Shown in pieces: positions 62,688-64,000 of a DNA stretch of 64,000 nt. The notes below the pieces were generated by a model. It saw only the letters and a program-made list of their open reading frames with translations. It was not told the DNA's origin and ran no database searches. A program made the position numbers and the translations under genes. The DNA comes from Vicugna vicugna (Eukaryota), in assembly GCA_013265495.1 (NCBI GenBank), contig MU058198.1, forward strand, positions 1,128,419 through 1,192,418, written 5' to 3'. The first letter of the stretch is position 1; the number at the start of each line of letters is the position of its first letter.

Positions 62688-64000
62688 CTATTCAAGAAAA
62701 AAAGAAAGGGAGGGAAGGAGGAGGATAAAGAAACAAAGAGGCAAAAATTACATGATAGTTGTGATTATAATTGCCAAGCAGACTTTCCCCACTGTCAGTC
62801 CATAGGTGTGGCTGCCCCACACTTAGCTCAAGGGTTCAGCGGTGTGTGACCCAGACCTAGCTAAAGAGATTCGTTCCAGGACTTGGACTAGGAGTACCAA
62901 GGAGCAGGTGATTTCTTTCTAAGCTGGGAAGGTATTAGTTAAGAGCTGGGGAGTGGTCATTGCCTCTCCCTGTGGAAGTGACTCCTGGGGAATGAATCTA
63001 ATATAGAGAAAAACAGAGATGGGGAGAAAGAAAATGACTCTGACTTTCAGAATCCACCCACACCTGATAGTTTATCAGTTATCTGGGATAAATTCCCATT
63101 GCTGCTTAAGCCAAAGATAGTTTCTGACATTTGCAACTGGAAGGATTCTAACTAATACAAATGACATCTTCGTGCAGATGGCCTCACTGAGACATGAACA
63201 GAATTAAGAGACAATGGGGACTGGCCCATCTATTAGGAGAATAATGCCAGAGGGCAGGATCCCATCAAGACATCTGGTTACCCACTCAGGAACAGCGGAC
63301 CCAGAGCAGCAGCCTGCAGAGCTATGTGAGACCTCAGAGTCTTTGCCCTTCCCAGTATTTCCAAAGTCTGCCATTTCTAGTAGTAAGTGCCCTTGAAATG
63401 AAGTTATTCAAACTGGATCCATCCCAGGTCTCTCCAAAGTGCACAAGATTGGGGAACTCTTGGCAACCTCTTTCCTAGTCCATTGAGTTCCTGATGGTTC
63501 TGTGTGGGACAGAATCATCCAGGGTATTGCTATTTCACCTTACCTCATCTTCATCCTTAATTCTGACCTTGATTTGACTTTCCAGGAAGTCAGAAAAGCC
63601 CTCCATGGTATGGTCTCCCATATACAGTACAGCCTAAGAAGATAATGGAACTGAGTCAGAATGGTGGCCCTTTCCTGCAAAATACTCAGGGATTGCTCCT
63701 TAGGTAAACCCTGGGTCAAATTCCTAACAACCTGAACAAGTTCCTTAACTGCTCTGAGCCTCCATTACAATGGCCCTAAGATCAGAATAATAAAACGTCT
63801 TCCATCATAGGGCTGTCATGCAGTGGTCCAGAGCAGGAATGATGGAGCCACACTGTTGGGACTCAAACTCTGGCTTCATCACTCAGCAGCGTGGTCTGGC
63901 TGACTCAGTGTCCTTGACTGCAATATGAAGGTAATAACAGTCTCTACCTCATGATGTTATTTTAAGAATTCAATGAGTTACTATATGGAAAGTATTTGAA

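Overview
Mammalian genomic DNA, probably camelid (three Vic-1-like tRNA-derived SINEs). It carries the GP2-UMOD-PDILT cluster, all on the minus strand. About 1-22,000 is repeat-rich intergenic DNA with no credible coding gene. GP2 (CDS 36758->22479, 10 coding exons) and UMOD (CDS 54972->42600, 10 coding exons, 643 aa) can be spliced by hand with consistent intron phases, and the window also holds the final exon of PDILT (ends KEEL). Main finding: GP2 exon 4 has gained an in-frame 18-bp coding tandem repeat encoding a mucin-like (PTTTPS)n tract. It runs into a 262-N assembly gap and sits between the FimH-decoy D8C/D10C module and the EGF-ZP polymerisation module. The paralogous UMOD exon is 108 nt against about 438 nt here, which suggests lineage-specific mucinization of GP2. 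Several N-glycosylation sequons also appear lost. Secondary findings: a GC-AG intron in UMOD, a chimeric L1 insertion, a 65-bp dispersed duplication, and CTCF and HNF1 motifs. Comparisons with human proteins and repeat family names are from memory, not database searches; repeat boundaries are approximate.
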